From positions 126,184-190,183 of the IMG/VR virus record IMGVR_UViG_3300025122_000005: a stretch of DNA of 64,000 bases; one strand, 5' to 3'. Positions 1 through 11,600 of the stretch are shown one piece after another (the stretch's first letter is position 1; each line of letters starts with the position of its first letter). The notes under the pieces are model-generated. The model searched no databases. It was given only the letters and a program-made list of their open reading frames with translations, and had not been told where the DNA came from. The position numbers were made by a program, and so were the translations under genes. This DNA is from a virus.

Positions 1-3000
1 GCAGAGTTTTTTGGATTGTTGGGTCGGTTTATAGATCCGGAATTATGCGCAAAGCTTTCAAACTCTGCTAACGTTGTCGTCGGTGATCTTTGTCCTGACA
101 TCGAATCCCCTACGTTGAGGGACCAATTGTTATCTCAAAACGCCACTCCGGAAGAAGTTTCTCGTGCCATTGTCGATTCGGAGAAGCGTCGCGCCGCCTT
201 AAAGGAATTGATGGAGAATAATCCTTTGGACTCTCTTCTCGAAAAAATGAACCTTCCAGGACCATATGATACGGATAGCTCAAATAAGATGGCAAGTTTA
301 GCAATAGAGTCTGTTGTACGCAATATAGCGATTGTTTTTAAAAATGATTTATCATTTTTTGTTCCTTCTTTGTTTGAAATGGAAACGTCCCAGAAGGTTC
401 CCGGCGACCCTGGATATAATCCTGTCGAGGGAGGACGGTACCAGTTTGTAACAAACCACATTAAGTCGACACTTCCTAGAGTCCAGAGTGTAACAAAAAT
501 CAGAGAAGCTGTCGCGGCTTTGTCGACGGCAGGCGCATCCGGAGTCAGGAACCTTAGTACCCTTGTCAATTCTCTGAGTGATTACAACGACACTGTTGGT
601 TTAGACCTCGTGAACCCGGACACTGGAGCCCGAGAAAACCTATATCATTATGAATGGGAAACCTATGAGATCATCGGCACCACCCAGCGCATCGGCCGAT
701 TCAAAACAGCAGAGGGCGAAGCGGCTGACATAAACGACGCTAATCAACTAGGGTTTACGATTGGCAGAAAAGGCAACGGCTTTGCAATATATTGGAAAGG
801 TGCGAACATCTTGAAAACAGGCAGCGGGGCTTGGGCTAATGATAACGCCGGCCGCGCCGCCGCCATCGCAAAGATGGAGGAGGTAATCGCACAAGAGACT
901 GCCGATGTGCAGCGTATCCCCAAGCCAGGGCGAATGGATGTCACTCGCGTCGCAGGATATAAAGTGGTGACGTTTGAGCAGCTTCAAACGGGGACCGGTG
1001 CGGATAAAGAGCCAGCTTTCTTTGACTTGTCCGATCCTTCTGACAGTGCTCTTATGCAAGATATTTTAACTTTTCCCATGAGGAATCTCAAAGATGAGGT
1101 AAAGCCGTCTCCTGTGTTGAGGAGCATACTAGAACAAGAGCAATTACAAGAAATACAAGAGAGATTCGTCAAGTTTGAGCTTCCATCTGAAAAAGATATG
1201 ATTTATCAAGAAAATTACTTTGAAGGTGAAGACATAAGAGATTGCTTTAGCTTGGAAAGACCAAGTAGACTATTTTTTAACTTGGGAGAACCGGAGATGC
1301 TTTGGGAGAATAAAACCTACAACGGATACCTGTCAGAAGAGACTATTAATACAAGATTGCTAGCAAGAGACATCTCCAGGCAAGAGGGCCCAAAACACTT
1401 ACGTTCTGGTGCTTTTTCAGAAATGTTTTTAAGTTCTTGGTCAAATACTCTTCAAAGAGTTTATCCGAATATGGGACAAGGCGGCCGCCTCGACCTTGCA
1501 AGAAGGGTAAACGGACACGGAAATAGTTTGTGGAATAAACTAAATGGTGGTCTTGGAAAATCGGTCACCCATCCGCAAGACTCTTACAGGGTGACTGCGA
1601 ATATGCTACTAGACAAGGTGGGAGAAGGTATTCGAAATTCCAGATATTTTGATGTAGAGCAAATAAAAGATTTGGCAGACAGAATCTCTGCAGAATTTAT
1701 ACCTGTTTCTGAAGATGAACAAGTTGTTTGTTATGCAAGGAATAGAAATGTAATCAGTTTTAAGAAAATGAGACAAGAAATCATGGACAAGTATAAGGAG
1801 ATGCTGGATCTCCCAGAGAATGATCCAATAAAAAGAGACTTTTCTTCTTCCGGTCCTCTCGAAAACAGCATGACTTCTCAATTAACATATGTTTATGTTA
1901 AGACTTATATTATAGAATTTATGTTGAAGGGTCTTTACGTTTTTTCTAGATTTGGGGCAGGCATGCTAAGTGGAGAACCCATCGTTAATGATTATCTTAA
2001 GAGCTACCTCATATCTTCTTTAAAGGCGGATCTGACTCTTGACGAGCTTAGTAAGGAAGTTTTCGAATCAGAAATTTTAAAATTGGCAAACCGCACTGAC
2101 CTCGACCGAGCAGTTTCTGTGCTTATCGATAGTGTTCTCGACGAAGAAGAGATCATAGAAGCAGCAAACAAAATCTTCAAGCCAAGATGCAATTCTTTTA
2201 AAGAAGACTTTTTTAATGAGTTGACTTCAAATATTCGTGCCGTTCAATCATTAGAACACATAACACCGAGTAGATATGAGAACAGGGGATATCGCAGAGG
2301 AATGGTTCCACTACATTCTAGTTTTGGAGGCGTCTACGAAGACCCTGAAGATTTAAGTCAACCAACTTTCTTTCTAGAAAAGTATTTCAGATTTTCAGAA
2401 AATGTTATTAACACGCACATCTCTCCTCGACAACCATCCTTCGGCATCCCCGGCGATGCGCCACCACGAAGTGTTGTTCAAAAGATGATTGACGCTGACC
2501 CTGATTTTGAGATAAGCATAGAAGCATATAAGGGAGTATTTAATCAATACGAATTGAATGAGTTATTAAAACTTTTCTCGGACCACATAGACCGATCAAT
2601 GAACCTAGAAGGTCCAGCACTTGAAGCCTGGCGCACGACATATCCGGATGAGATTGAATTTGTGGATAGCATGTACACTCTCGGAAATTTAAAGGTCGGA
2701 TTAAGATTGGTGTTTGTCCCCAGTACTGAAGAATATTCTCAAAGAGCCATGGAGCGGATAGACCCAGACCCTTCTTTAAAACCGATAAACGAAACAGACA
2801 TTTTTGGCAATGGCGGCATTGACTCCGAGGAATTCTGGGCACCGGACATGATAGAGCAATTCCAGATCGACCCAGAGCTTATTCCGGGGTCAGAGTTATC
2901 CCCGGCTGAGATTCAGGCACTCTTCCTGCAAGGTCGCGGTCTGGAAGCACAGGCTGCTATCAACGCTGTGGCAGAGGGCGCACGCCAATGGGGATTGATA

Positions 3001-4455
3001 AACAATCTAAAAACTTTAAATATGAGTCTTCATGGATTGACAACAAAAACTAGATCGTATATAGCGGATACAAATCCTAGATTTGGGTATATTCGAGGTC
3101 CTAGAATTATAGAGGAAGATCTTTATATTGTTGAGCGCGACGAATCAGGCGAGGATGTCATCAGTGAGATGAACCGCCAAACTCAAGACCCAATCAGGTG
3201 GAAAACGGACCCCGCATATGCGATGGGAACGTCTCATCTTGTAAAGATGGAAGAGACTGCAACTTATTCTGCTAATGACGAGGGTGTAGTAACAAGAGAG
3301 GTGACAGACTCAGAACAAGTGGGTATTATGACTGCTGGTAAACCACAAAACATTATGTTTCCAACTCCATTAGTGGAAGTAGAACTGGATTATTGCCCAA
3401 AAGAACTTGCACAGATGCTTCTCACTATCGATAATCCAAGGCAGATGAGACCAGAGTATCACCGCACCGACGATGTCCTGGCGGCAGCAATGTTCGGGTT
3501 GGGTCGCAAACAAGAGATAACTGTTGGAGATGACCGACAACACATTAGAAGAATAGAGGCATCACCCGACTCAAAGATTGAATATTTGTTTGATTTTATA
3601 TTTCCGCTTGACAGGTACCAGGCTTTATTCATGATATACAATCAAGTAATATTGGACCCTGATCAAGAATTATCAACGATGATGGACCCAACACGGGGAG
3701 CGGTAAGAAGATTGGTTTTGGGACTGAAAAACCCAGCAGGATCGACCGACCTTTCGGCAGCACCACCCGGAGATCTTTTCAATATATTAAATTCAGATCA
3801 AACTTCGTTTGGATTTGGAAATATCGCCGATAAGATAATGGCTGATTTCGCCAAAATAGCTTGGAAAATGGTGAAAAATACAATTCCATCGCTAGTCAGG
3901 GGCGGCGCAGCGGCATTGGACCCTGCTTACAAGGACATGAAGAAGGTTTGGGATGCCGACCCTGCGAAGGTGAGGAGTGGGTTGAATATGTCGTCGTTAT
4001 CTCACGATTTGTTATTTTCACCAACTGGTGATAGCGATCCATTAGTAAATGGTTTCGCTGCCGACAAGGACTATATGCCGTTTAACTTTCAGGGCCCAAT
4101 CGATATCGGGCTTGCTATGGGTATGTTAGCCGCCGCGGTCATCCCACCCGGGAACGTCGTTGGTGCCGCTATAGCTACTGACCAATTAGCAACAATTTAT
4201 GAACATCTTGAAAACGCCGTAACCGGTAGAGGTGAGAACCGATACGGAAAGTTCATGACCCCGGTGGGTCTTCTTGGGCTGTCAATGCCTGAGTTGTCTG
4301 GTGAAAGAGATCGGACGAGAAAGAGGCGGGGCACTAAGGAATTTAAGATATGTGAAGAAGATCATGAAGACATACTTACTAGTGAAGAGGAAAATGAATC
4401 AGCAGCTGCTGCAGCATATGCAGCCAAGGTTGAGGGTCTCACAGGAGGAGATTAA
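1..4455 (+). CDS. Large virion-associated protein of unknown function, 5' truncated (frame open from base 1)
   Basis: Uninterrupted ORF of more than 1480 codons. The frame is open upstream of the TTG at 16. It sits immediately upstream of the gp25-like gene, whose SD (GGAGGAG) lies in its 3' end. No recognisable catalytic motif. Confidence 0.7.
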   Translation, partial: AEFFGLLGRFIDPELCAKLSNSANVVVGDLCPDIESPTLRDQLLSQNATPEEVSRAIVDSEKRRAALKELMENNPLDSLLEKMNLPGPYDTDSSNKMASLAIESVVRNIAIVFKNDLSFFVPSLFEMETSQKVPGDPGYNPVEGGRYQFVTNHIKSTLPRVQSVTKIREAVAALSTAGASGVRNLSTLVNSLSDYNDTVGLDLVNPDTGARENLYHYEWETYEIIGTTQRIGRFKTAEGEAADINDANQLGFTIGRKGNGFAIYWKGANILKTGSGAWANDNAGRAAAIAKMEEVIAQETADVQRIPKPGRMDVTRVAGYKVVTFEQLQTGTGADKEPAFFDLSDPSDSALMQDILTFPMRNLKDEVKPSPVLRSILEQEQLQEIQERFVKFELPSEKDMIYQENYFEGEDIRDCFSLERPSRLFFNLGEPEMLWENKTYNGYLSEETINTRLLARDISRQEGPKHLRSGAFSEMFLSSWSNTLQRVYPNMGQGGRLDLARRVNGHGNSLWNKLNGGLGKSVTHPQDSYRVTANMLLDKVGEGIRNSRYFDVEQIKDLADRISAEFIPVSEDEQVVCYARNRNVISFKKMRQEIMDKYKEMLDLPENDPIKRDFSSSGPLENSMTSQLTYVYVKTYIIEFMLKGLYVFSRFGAGMLSGEPIVNDYLKSYLISSLKADLTLDELSKEVFESEILKLANRTDLDRAVSVLIDSVLDEEEIIEAANKIFKPRCNSFKEDFFNELTSNIRAVQSLEHITPSRYENRGYRRGMVPLHSSFGGVYEDPEDLSQPTFFLEKYFRFSENVINTHISPRQPSFGIPGDAPPRSVVQKMIDADPDFEISIEAYKGVFNQYELNELLKLFSDHIDRSMNLEGPALEAWRTTYPDEIEFVDSMYTLGNLKVGLRLVFVPSTEEYSQRAMERIDPDPSLKPINETDIFGNGGIDSEEFWAPDMIEQFQIDPELIPGSELSPAEIQALFLQGRGLEAQAAINAVAEGARQWGLINNLKTLNMSLHGLTTKTRSYIADTNPRFGYIRGPRIIEEDLYIVERDESGEDVISEMNRQTQDPIRWKTDPAYAMGTSHLVKMEETATYSANDEGVVTREVTDSEQVGIMTAGKPQNIMFPTPLVEVELDYCPKELAQMLLTIDNPRQMRPEYHRTDDVLAAAMFGLGRKQEITVGDDRQHIRRIEASPDSKIEYLFDFIFPLDRYQALFMIYNQVILDPDQELSTMMDPTRGAVRRLVLGLKNPAGSTDLSAAPPGDLFNILNSDQTSFGFGNIADKIMADFAKIAWKMVKNTIPSLVRGGAAALDPAYKDMKKVWDADPAKVRSGLNMSSLSHDLLFSPTGDSDPLVNGFAADKDYMPFNFQGPIDIGLAMGMLAAAVIPPGNVVGAAIATDQLATIYEHLENAVTGRGENRYGKFMTPVGLLGLSMPELSGERDRTRKRRGTKEFKICEEDHEDILTSEEENESAAAAAYAAKVEGLTGGD

Positions 4456-4457
4456 TT

Positions 4458-4853
4458 ATGGCTGGTATATCAGTAAAATTGCCATTAGAGCGCGACGCTC
4501 AAGATGGATATGCCCTAAACAAGACAACTCTAGAAGCAGTAAAACAGAATCTTAAAATGGTCGTTTTGACATCACCCGGAGAGAGAGTTATGGAACCGAC
4601 CTTCGGTGTTGGTCTAAAGAGGTTTTTATTTGAATTAGCCAACGAACATACTTACGACAATATCAGAACAACGATCACATCGCAGGTGGGGAAGTGGTTA
4701 CCATTTATAAAGATTTTGGGGATAGCGATTAGAGGACCGGATGACAACACTTTTATATCAAGTGGCGTACCATTGTCTATACAAATACAATATACGGTAC
4801 CGGGATTGAATACTGCGGATATTCTTGAAATAAGTATGCCCGAAACTACTTAA
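4458..4853 (+). CDS. gp25: Baseplate wedge subunit, gp25/GPW family
   Basis: Typical motif VKQNLKMVVLTSPGERVMEPTFGVGLKRFLFE, 131 aa, precedes a baseplate J/gp6-like gene. Confidence 0.92.
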   Translation: MAGISVKLPLERDAQDGYALNKTTLEAVKQNLKMVVLTSPGERVMEPTFGVGLKRFLFELANEHTYDNIRTTITSQVGKWLPFIKILGIAIRGPDDNTFISSGVPLSIQIQYTVPGLNTADILEISMPETT

Positions 4854-4871
4854 TAGAGGGGAAAACATAAA

Positions 4872-6665
4872 ATGCCAAAAAAAATAATTCCTATAAAATA
4901 TACCAATAGAGACTTTTCTTCGATAAGAGAATCATTGCTGGAACATGCAAAAAGGTATTATCCAAATACGTATAGGGATTTTAACGAAGCTGGTTTTGGT
5001 TCCTTAATGATCGATACGGTGTCTTACGTCGGCGATGTTTTATCATTTTATTTAGACTACCAGGCAAATGAGTCATTTTTGGAAACAGCAGCAGAGTATG
5101 AGAATGTTCTCAAGTTGTCAAAATTTTTAGGATTTAGTTTTAACAAGGCACCCTCTTCCTACGGAACGTGTCAGTTTTATGCTTTGGTACCTGTATCAGT
5201 AGCAACTGGTGCTCCTGATACTAGATATTCACCAACTTTGAAGGCGGGATCTACGGTAGCTACTGCTGGAGGTGTGTCCTTCACACTACTTGATGATGTG
5301 TCTTTTGCAGACTCGGTTAACGAAGTTATTGTAGCAAAAGTGAACGATGACACCGGGGCACCTACATATTTTGCTGTTAAAGCGGAAGGTAGAATCGTAT
5401 CTGGGGAATTATTGGAACACGTGGAAACGGTTGACGCATTCGAAAGATTTCTTAAGGTGGTCATCCCGGGAGATAATGTTTCTGCGATTGTTCAAGTAAC
5501 GGACTCCGAGGGTCACGAATATTTTGAGGTTGAGCATTTATCGCAAAATTCTATTTATAAGCCTGTGACAAACAAGAACGCAAAAAACGATTCGGTTCCA
5601 AACATCCTGAAGAAGATAGCAGTCCCTAGAAGATTTGCAGTGGAACACCTCGACGACACAACCACTATTCAATTCGGATATGGATCTGAAAACGAACTGG
5701 TGAGCGGTTCAATCGCAGACCCCGCAAACGTTGCCCTCAAGAGACACGCAAGAGAATATATATCAGATACAAGTATCGACCCTACAAAACTTACTTCTAC
5801 TGATAAGTTTGGCGTAGCACCTGCGAACACTATGCTATCAGTCGTATACCGATCTAATACTTCTGAGAATGTTAACGCGGGTTCTGGCCAAGTAAATCGA
5901 GTCGTTGATGCTGTAGTGGACTTTGACAATGTTGCTTCCTTGAATGAGGATATAAGGCGATATGTTGTAAATTCAATAGAGGTTTCGAATGAGGATCCAA
6001 TAGTCGGAGATATAAGTATTCCCGGCGTCGAGGAACTGAAAATCCGGGCACTGGGGAACTTCTCTGCCCAGAATAGAGCTGTTACAAGACAAGATTATAT
6101 AAGTATGGCGTATGCAATGCCAGGGCACTTCGGCGCAATAAAGCGATGCACCATTTTCAGAGATAACGACTCTTTTAAGAGAAATCTAAATATGTATGTT
6201 ATTTCTGAGAACGCCGAGGGAGACTTGGTGAGAGCAAACAATACTATAAAACAAAATCTAAAAACATGGCTGAATGGTGTTAGAATGATTAATGATACTA
6301 TTGATATATTAGACGCTTTTATTATAAATGTTGGCGTAGAGTTTGATATAGTAATAGAAGAAAACGCTAATAAGTATGAAGTATTGAGAATGGCACAGTT
6401 GGCGATAGAAGAGCAGTTTCTCTTGCAAAGAGAAATGGGAGAGCCAATAGTGGTTTCCGACTTTTTTAAAGCACTAAAAGATGTAGAGGAAATAGTGGAT
6501 GTTGTTAGTGTTAGGGTGGTTAATAAATCCGGATCACCGTATTCATCACTTGATTATGATATTAAAGGAAATTCGTCAAAAGATGGGAGAGTAATATACG
6601 CTCCTCGTACTGCGGTCTTTGAATTAAAATATCCGGAAGTTGATATAAAAGGTAAAATTGTTTAA
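4872..6665 (+). CDS. gp6: Baseplate wedge subunit, gp6/baseplate-J family
   Basis: N-terminal YTNRDFSSIRESL...DTVSYVGDVLSFYLDYQANESFLETA and C-terminal QNRAVTRQDY motifs typical of T4 gp6-like proteins. Confidence 0.9.
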   Translation: MPKKIIPIKYTNRDFSSIRESLLEHAKRYYPNTYRDFNEAGFGSLMIDTVSYVGDVLSFYLDYQANESFLETAAEYENVLKLSKFLGFSFNKAPSSYGTCQFYALVPVSVATGAPDTRYSPTLKAGSTVATAGGVSFTLLDDVSFADSVNEVIVAKVNDDTGAPTYFAVKAEGRIVSGELLEHVETVDAFERFLKVVIPGDNVSAIVQVTDSEGHEYFEVEHLSQNSIYKPVTNKNAKNDSVPNILKKIAVPRRFAVEHLDDTTTIQFGYGSENELVSGSIADPANVALKRHAREYISDTSIDPTKLTSTDKFGVAPANTMLSVVYRSNTSENVNAGSGQVNRVVDAVVDFDNVASLNEDIRRYVVNSIEVSNEDPIVGDISIPGVEELKIRALGNFSAQNRAVTRQDYISMAYAMPGHFGAIKRCTIFRDNDSFKRNLNMYVISENAEGDLVRANNTIKQNLKTWLNGVRMINDTIDILDAFIINVGVEFDIVIEENANKYEVLRMAQLAIEEQFLLQREMGEPIVVSDFFKALKDVEEIVDVVSVRVVNKSGSPYSSLDYDIKGNSSKDGRVIYAPRTAVFELKYPEVDIKGKIV

Positions 6666-8602
6666 TGGCTATTAAGAGATATCTTGCTAATGCAGACACT
6701 ACAATAACTAATGCCTATAAGATGAACTTGTCAACTCGTGGCACCGGATCTAACATGGGTGAGTCTGATGTGCTGGAGGTATTCTCCATTCTTGGTCAGG
6801 CTTCAACTAGTTCTGTGGAGAAAACAAGAGCACTACTTAAATTTCCCGTAGGCACAATCAACACAGACAGGAGTAATGGAGACATCCCAGAATCTGGAAG
6901 TGTTAAATTTTATTTACGAGTTTTTAATTGTCCTCACGGTCAGACACTTCCGAAACAATATGATATGCAAATTTTGCCCCTTTCCAGGTCTTGGTCCGAA
7001 GGACAGGGTCTTGATATGGAAGAATACACGGATGAAGACGAAGCTAATTGGGTAATGGCTTCTGCGACCAAAAGACCACAAATAACAGATGTCAAATTTT
7101 TGACGACTAATGAACAACTCTTAAAACAAGAATATTTTACCTTATATAATTCGTCAAATACAAGATACAATTTTGTTTTTACAACACAAGTGGGAGAGAC
7201 ATTCTCGGGATCACTGCCGGGAATTGAAATAGTTGTGCCATTGACGGGGAACATGTCCACCGTCAAAGATATAGCTAGCGTTTTTAGTGCTTCTATAAAC
7301 GTATATGAAACAGGTCTTTCTGCTTCAATTTCTGCAGAGGACACATCTGATACATCGGGAGCGACAATTAGAGTAACCACGACCGGCTCGTCCGGTCAAT
7401 CTGGATCATATCAGGGCACCGTATCCACAGATCATTTATCTTTAACGACTGTGCAAGAGGGTGGCAAAACGAAATGGACGACAGCGGGTGGTGACTATCA
7501 TGAAGTGGGGTACACAGCAGGAAGAAACCTTCCTCACTATGTTAAGAACTTTCAAAACGGAACAGAGAATCTAGAAGTTAATATAACAGCACTAGTAGAA
7601 GAATGGATTGCAGCTGAGTCAGCAGACGATCCGGATAGAGAAAATTATGGCGTTATGCTAAAAATGTCTGGATCTTATGAAGATGGCACTAGAAACCGTT
7701 CTTATTATACAAAGAAGTTTTTTGCGAGAGGGTCCGAGTTCTTTTACAAACGACCGATAATTGAGGCCAGGTGGGATGATTCGAAAAGAGATGACAGATC
7801 AAATTTTTATTTGAGTAGTTCTTTATTGCTGGGCGAAGACAACTTGAATACCTTGTATCTTTATAATATAGTGAACGGAAAGTTAAAGAATATTCCTGTC
7901 TTGGGCGGCGCATCCGGGAGTAATAACGCTTATACACAAATAAATGTACAAGTGTTTCCGTCTGGGAATGTGAAAAATCAAGTTATAAAGCCAAAAACAC
8001 TTCCAATCGGTGGCGGTGTGACTGTAAATGCGGCGACTGTTATAACTGGCGGTTGGGTGAGCACCGGCATATATTCCGCATCCTTTGCTTTTACGGGATC
8101 AGAAAGTGAAATATTCGATGTCTGGAGTAAGCCAACGAAGGTGGTACAGGGAATACAATTAGTTACGGGGTCGACGTTTAAAGTGAATAAGCACAAGACC
8201 TATGATTATAATCCAAGTACCACATATATCACAACTTTAAAGAATCTCAAATCATCTTACTCGCAGAGTGACAAGGTGCGAATAAGATTGTTTGTTCGCC
8301 CAAAGGACTGGCAACCAAACATATATACTGTGGCGTCGAAGAAAGCGGAACCATCGATAATTAAAGACGCATATTACAGAGTATTCAGATTGATAGATCA
8401 GTTTGATGTAATTCCTTTTGGTACCGGAAGCGGAGCCCAATCGAAATACACTAGAATGTCGTATGATAAGAATGGTAATTATTTTGATTTAGAAATGTCC
8501 CTTTTTGAGTCGGACTACGCTTACGGTATTCAGCTGGCTTATGATACGGACGGCAAACACACAGTACAGGATAAGATTTTTAAATTTAGAGTTGAGAAGT
8601 AA
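6665..8602 (+). CDS. Virion structural protein with DNRLRE-like domain
   Basis: ADTTI...RALLKF...FYLRVF...ILPLSRSWSEG...NW and LEVNITALVEEWI...NYGVMLK...RPIIEARWDD resemble the DNRLRE pattern. Translationally coupled to both neighbours in the baseplate cluster. Confidence 0.6.
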   Translation: MAIKRYLANADTTITNAYKMNLSTRGTGSNMGESDVLEVFSILGQASTSSVEKTRALLKFPVGTINTDRSNGDIPESGSVKFYLRVFNCPHGQTLPKQYDMQILPLSRSWSEGQGLDMEEYTDEDEANWVMASATKRPQITDVKFLTTNEQLLKQEYFTLYNSSNTRYNFVFTTQVGETFSGSLPGIEIVVPLTGNMSTVKDIASVFSASINVYETGLSASISAEDTSDTSGATIRVTTTGSSGQSGSYQGTVSTDHLSLTTVQEGGKTKWTTAGGDYHEVGYTAGRNLPHYVKNFQNGTENLEVNITALVEEWIAAESADDPDRENYGVMLKMSGSYEDGTRNRSYYTKKFFARGSEFFYKRPIIEARWDDSKRDDRSNFYLSSSLLLGEDNLNTLYLYNIVNGKLKNIPVLGGASGSNNAYTQINVQVFPSGNVKNQVIKPKTLPIGGGVTVNAATVITGGWVSTGIYSASFAFTGSESEIFDVWSKPTKVVQGIQLVTGSTFKVNKHKTYDYNPSTTYITTLKNLKSSYSQSDKVRIRLFVRPKDWQPNIYTVASKKAEPSIIKDAYYRVFRLIDQFDVIPFGTGSGAQSKYTRMSYDKNGNYFDLEMSLFESDYAYGIQLAYDTDGKHTVQDKIFKFRVEK

Positions 8603-11600
8603 ATGAGTTTAAAGAACCTTTTTAGCAAAATTAGCTCAAAACATATTTTGCCAGAGTCAAGTGTCAATGATCTTCTGGAGGACATCGAGTCTGGCCGGTA
8701 CATTGATGAATACATAAAGAGAAAGGCTAGATTCTTACCTCACATTGATTACGCCACCGCTTCGAACTTTGCTCGATTTGGATTAGCCGAGGAATATTAT
8801 GATTCTGCGGCAAGAAGAATCTATCAGACTTATCCTTACGACGGATCCTCATATGAAAAGATTAAATGGATCAACAATTCAAACGGTTTAGATCTTTACG
8901 TATTTGATAACGAATATCCCAGAACACACGGACATGCTAGATTTTCACCCACAGGTTGGGGGTCTAGAACATCATTGTCGGGGAACTATGGTAATCCAGC
9001 AACAAAAGAATACATCTACATTAAAGGTGGACCCAACGTTGACAACATTTGGCATACGGCAAGCAACAGAACATCCAACCTTGAAATAGATGGCAACAAG
9101 GGCAACACAGTAGAATTTTGGCTTAAAAAATCTGCTTTCCAAACATTGACAAAGAGAGAAGTTGTCTTCGACGCTTGGACAACAGGCTCTGTTCCTTCGG
9201 GACACCAATACGGTCGCCTAACTATAGAGCTGGACAGGACGAGACCACAAGAAGACTCTCCTTGGGTAGTTACTTATCAATCTGCTTCAAGCGGCGTTAA
9301 GAACCTTTATGTTTCCGGCACGGCAGGCTTGTATGCAAGCGCATCAGACGGCGAGTGGCATCACTATGCATTCAGTTTTCAGAATACTGGTAGCCAAGTT
9401 AACTTTAGGCTACATGTCGACGGCGATTTAAATCATTCTGTATTGACTGGTTCTTCGATAGGAAATTTGAATACTGCGATAGTTGCAAACATCGGCGCAT
9501 TGGTCGCAGCAAAGGATTCAGATCCACAACCACGTCTGGGTCCATCGACTACGACCAATCCTGGTCTTGGTTTTGGTAAGCTTTCCGGCTCTATAGACGA
9601 ATTCAGATTTTGGAAAGCAAAAAGATCCTCTAAAGATATAGGAAGGTATTGGTTTACTCAAGTACATGGAGGGACCAACACAGATGACCCGAACACAGAT
9701 CTAGGGGTGTATTACAAGTTTAACGAAGGCATAACCTTAACAAGCAGCATAGACCAAATTGCTTTAGATTATTCTGGTAGAATTTCTAATGGTAGTTGGA
9801 CAGGATATAGTTCTGATAGCAGGAGCACTAAATCTGCGATGATTCAATCGTCGGCTTCTTTAACGGAATTTGCAGAACCGATAATCCACACAGAAAATCC
9901 CAAAGTTAATGAATATCTGGACGATATCTTGGAGAAGGGAAGAAATTATGACATCAACAACAACTCTTCCATATACAAGTCTGTGCCAGGATGGATATTA
10001 GAAGAGGATGACGAGGGGGAGTTAAAACAATTAACTCAAATAATGGGAGCTTATTTTGATGAATTGTTTATGCAAATACAGTCTTTATCTAAACTCAAGC
10101 ACGTAAAGAGTGAGAACTATAGCAAGAAGCCCTTGCCGTTTATGGATAAGGTTCTTAGGTCTATGGGGTTTGAAACACCGGAAATATTTATTGATGCCGA
10201 TGTCCTGGCGAGTTTGGCGTCTCGTGACGAAGAAAAAGAGTTTGAACAAAGACTTGAAGATGTTAAGAATGTTATATATCAAAATATATACAATAACTTA
10301 ATCCACATATACAAATCCAAAGGAACAGAAAAAGCTTTCCGCAATTTGCTTCGCTGTTATGGGATTGATGAAGAGGTAATTAAGATAAATGTTTATGCTG
10401 ACGGTGTGGATTATCCAGTTGAGCAAAACTATCGTGTTGGCAGTTTTAAGACAAGGTGCATTAATTTCAATAGACCAGCTAATTTTTCATCGACGATTTA
10501 TCAATATAGTTCGAGTCTTCATCATTCGGGTAAATCATCAGAGTTTCCTGTTTCCGGATACATAACGGGTGCCCACGCAAACGATTCCGCTGTTGGACTC
10601 TCTTTCACAACAGAGGCAGAAGTGGTGTTCCCGATCCGCCACCGCGCCGGTACCGTCCTTCATTTTGACACGCCTATTTCTAGTTCTCTTTTCGGCGCAC
10701 ATACAGTCTTGGATAGTCACGGCGACACGCATGATTTAACGTGGAAGGCAGCAGCAAAAGATTTTGCCAACTTTGAAGTATACGCAGTTAAAGACAGAGA
10801 AGATTCTAGGCATGCTAAATTCGTTGTTAAATCAACTTCTGGCATTGTAGCACCAGTAGAAACTGGCATATATTATGATGTTTACGATGGAAACAAGTGG
10901 AATTTTGCAGTGAGGGTCGCCCCAAAGGGAACCTTCGGAAATACAATTTCTGGTTCAACGAACTCTTATAATTTAGAACTCTTTGGAGTGAAGACGGATG
11001 CTGGGGAGGTAAAGGAGGAGTTTCTCTTAACTTCTTCTCTAACCAATGCTCAAGGACAGAGGTTCCATCAGTATTCTAAGAGATTATATGCCGGTGCACA
11101 TAGACGCAACTTCACAGGATCTACGATTGATTTATCTGATGTCCAGCTATCTTCCTTGAGACATTGGATGTCTTACTTGGATAATGAAACAATCAGGTCA
11201 CACGCTCTGGATCCTAAGTCATACGGTGTTCCACACCCAATGAGGAATGCTTATACTTTTATGCCAGGTCTGGATAATCCGGTACCGACAATAGAGACAC
11301 TAGCGTTAGACTGGGGTTTCAACACAGTAACTGGGTCTACAAAGGGCGGCCAACTTATTATACGAGATTTTTCTTCTGGGTCTCTTAAGAACAAGAGAGA
11401 TTACGGATGGATAGGTGACGTTATCTCTTCTAATCATCCTGGTCGCGGCAACTTCTTTCCTTCTGAGACAACTGCAAGCGTGTCTGTTGCCTACTTGCAA
11501 ACTGCTAGACAACAGATTCTCGAAAACGTTCACAGTTCTGACATGATTAGGGTACTAACAAGGGATGACACAACATATACAAGAGAATCTCGACCGGTCA

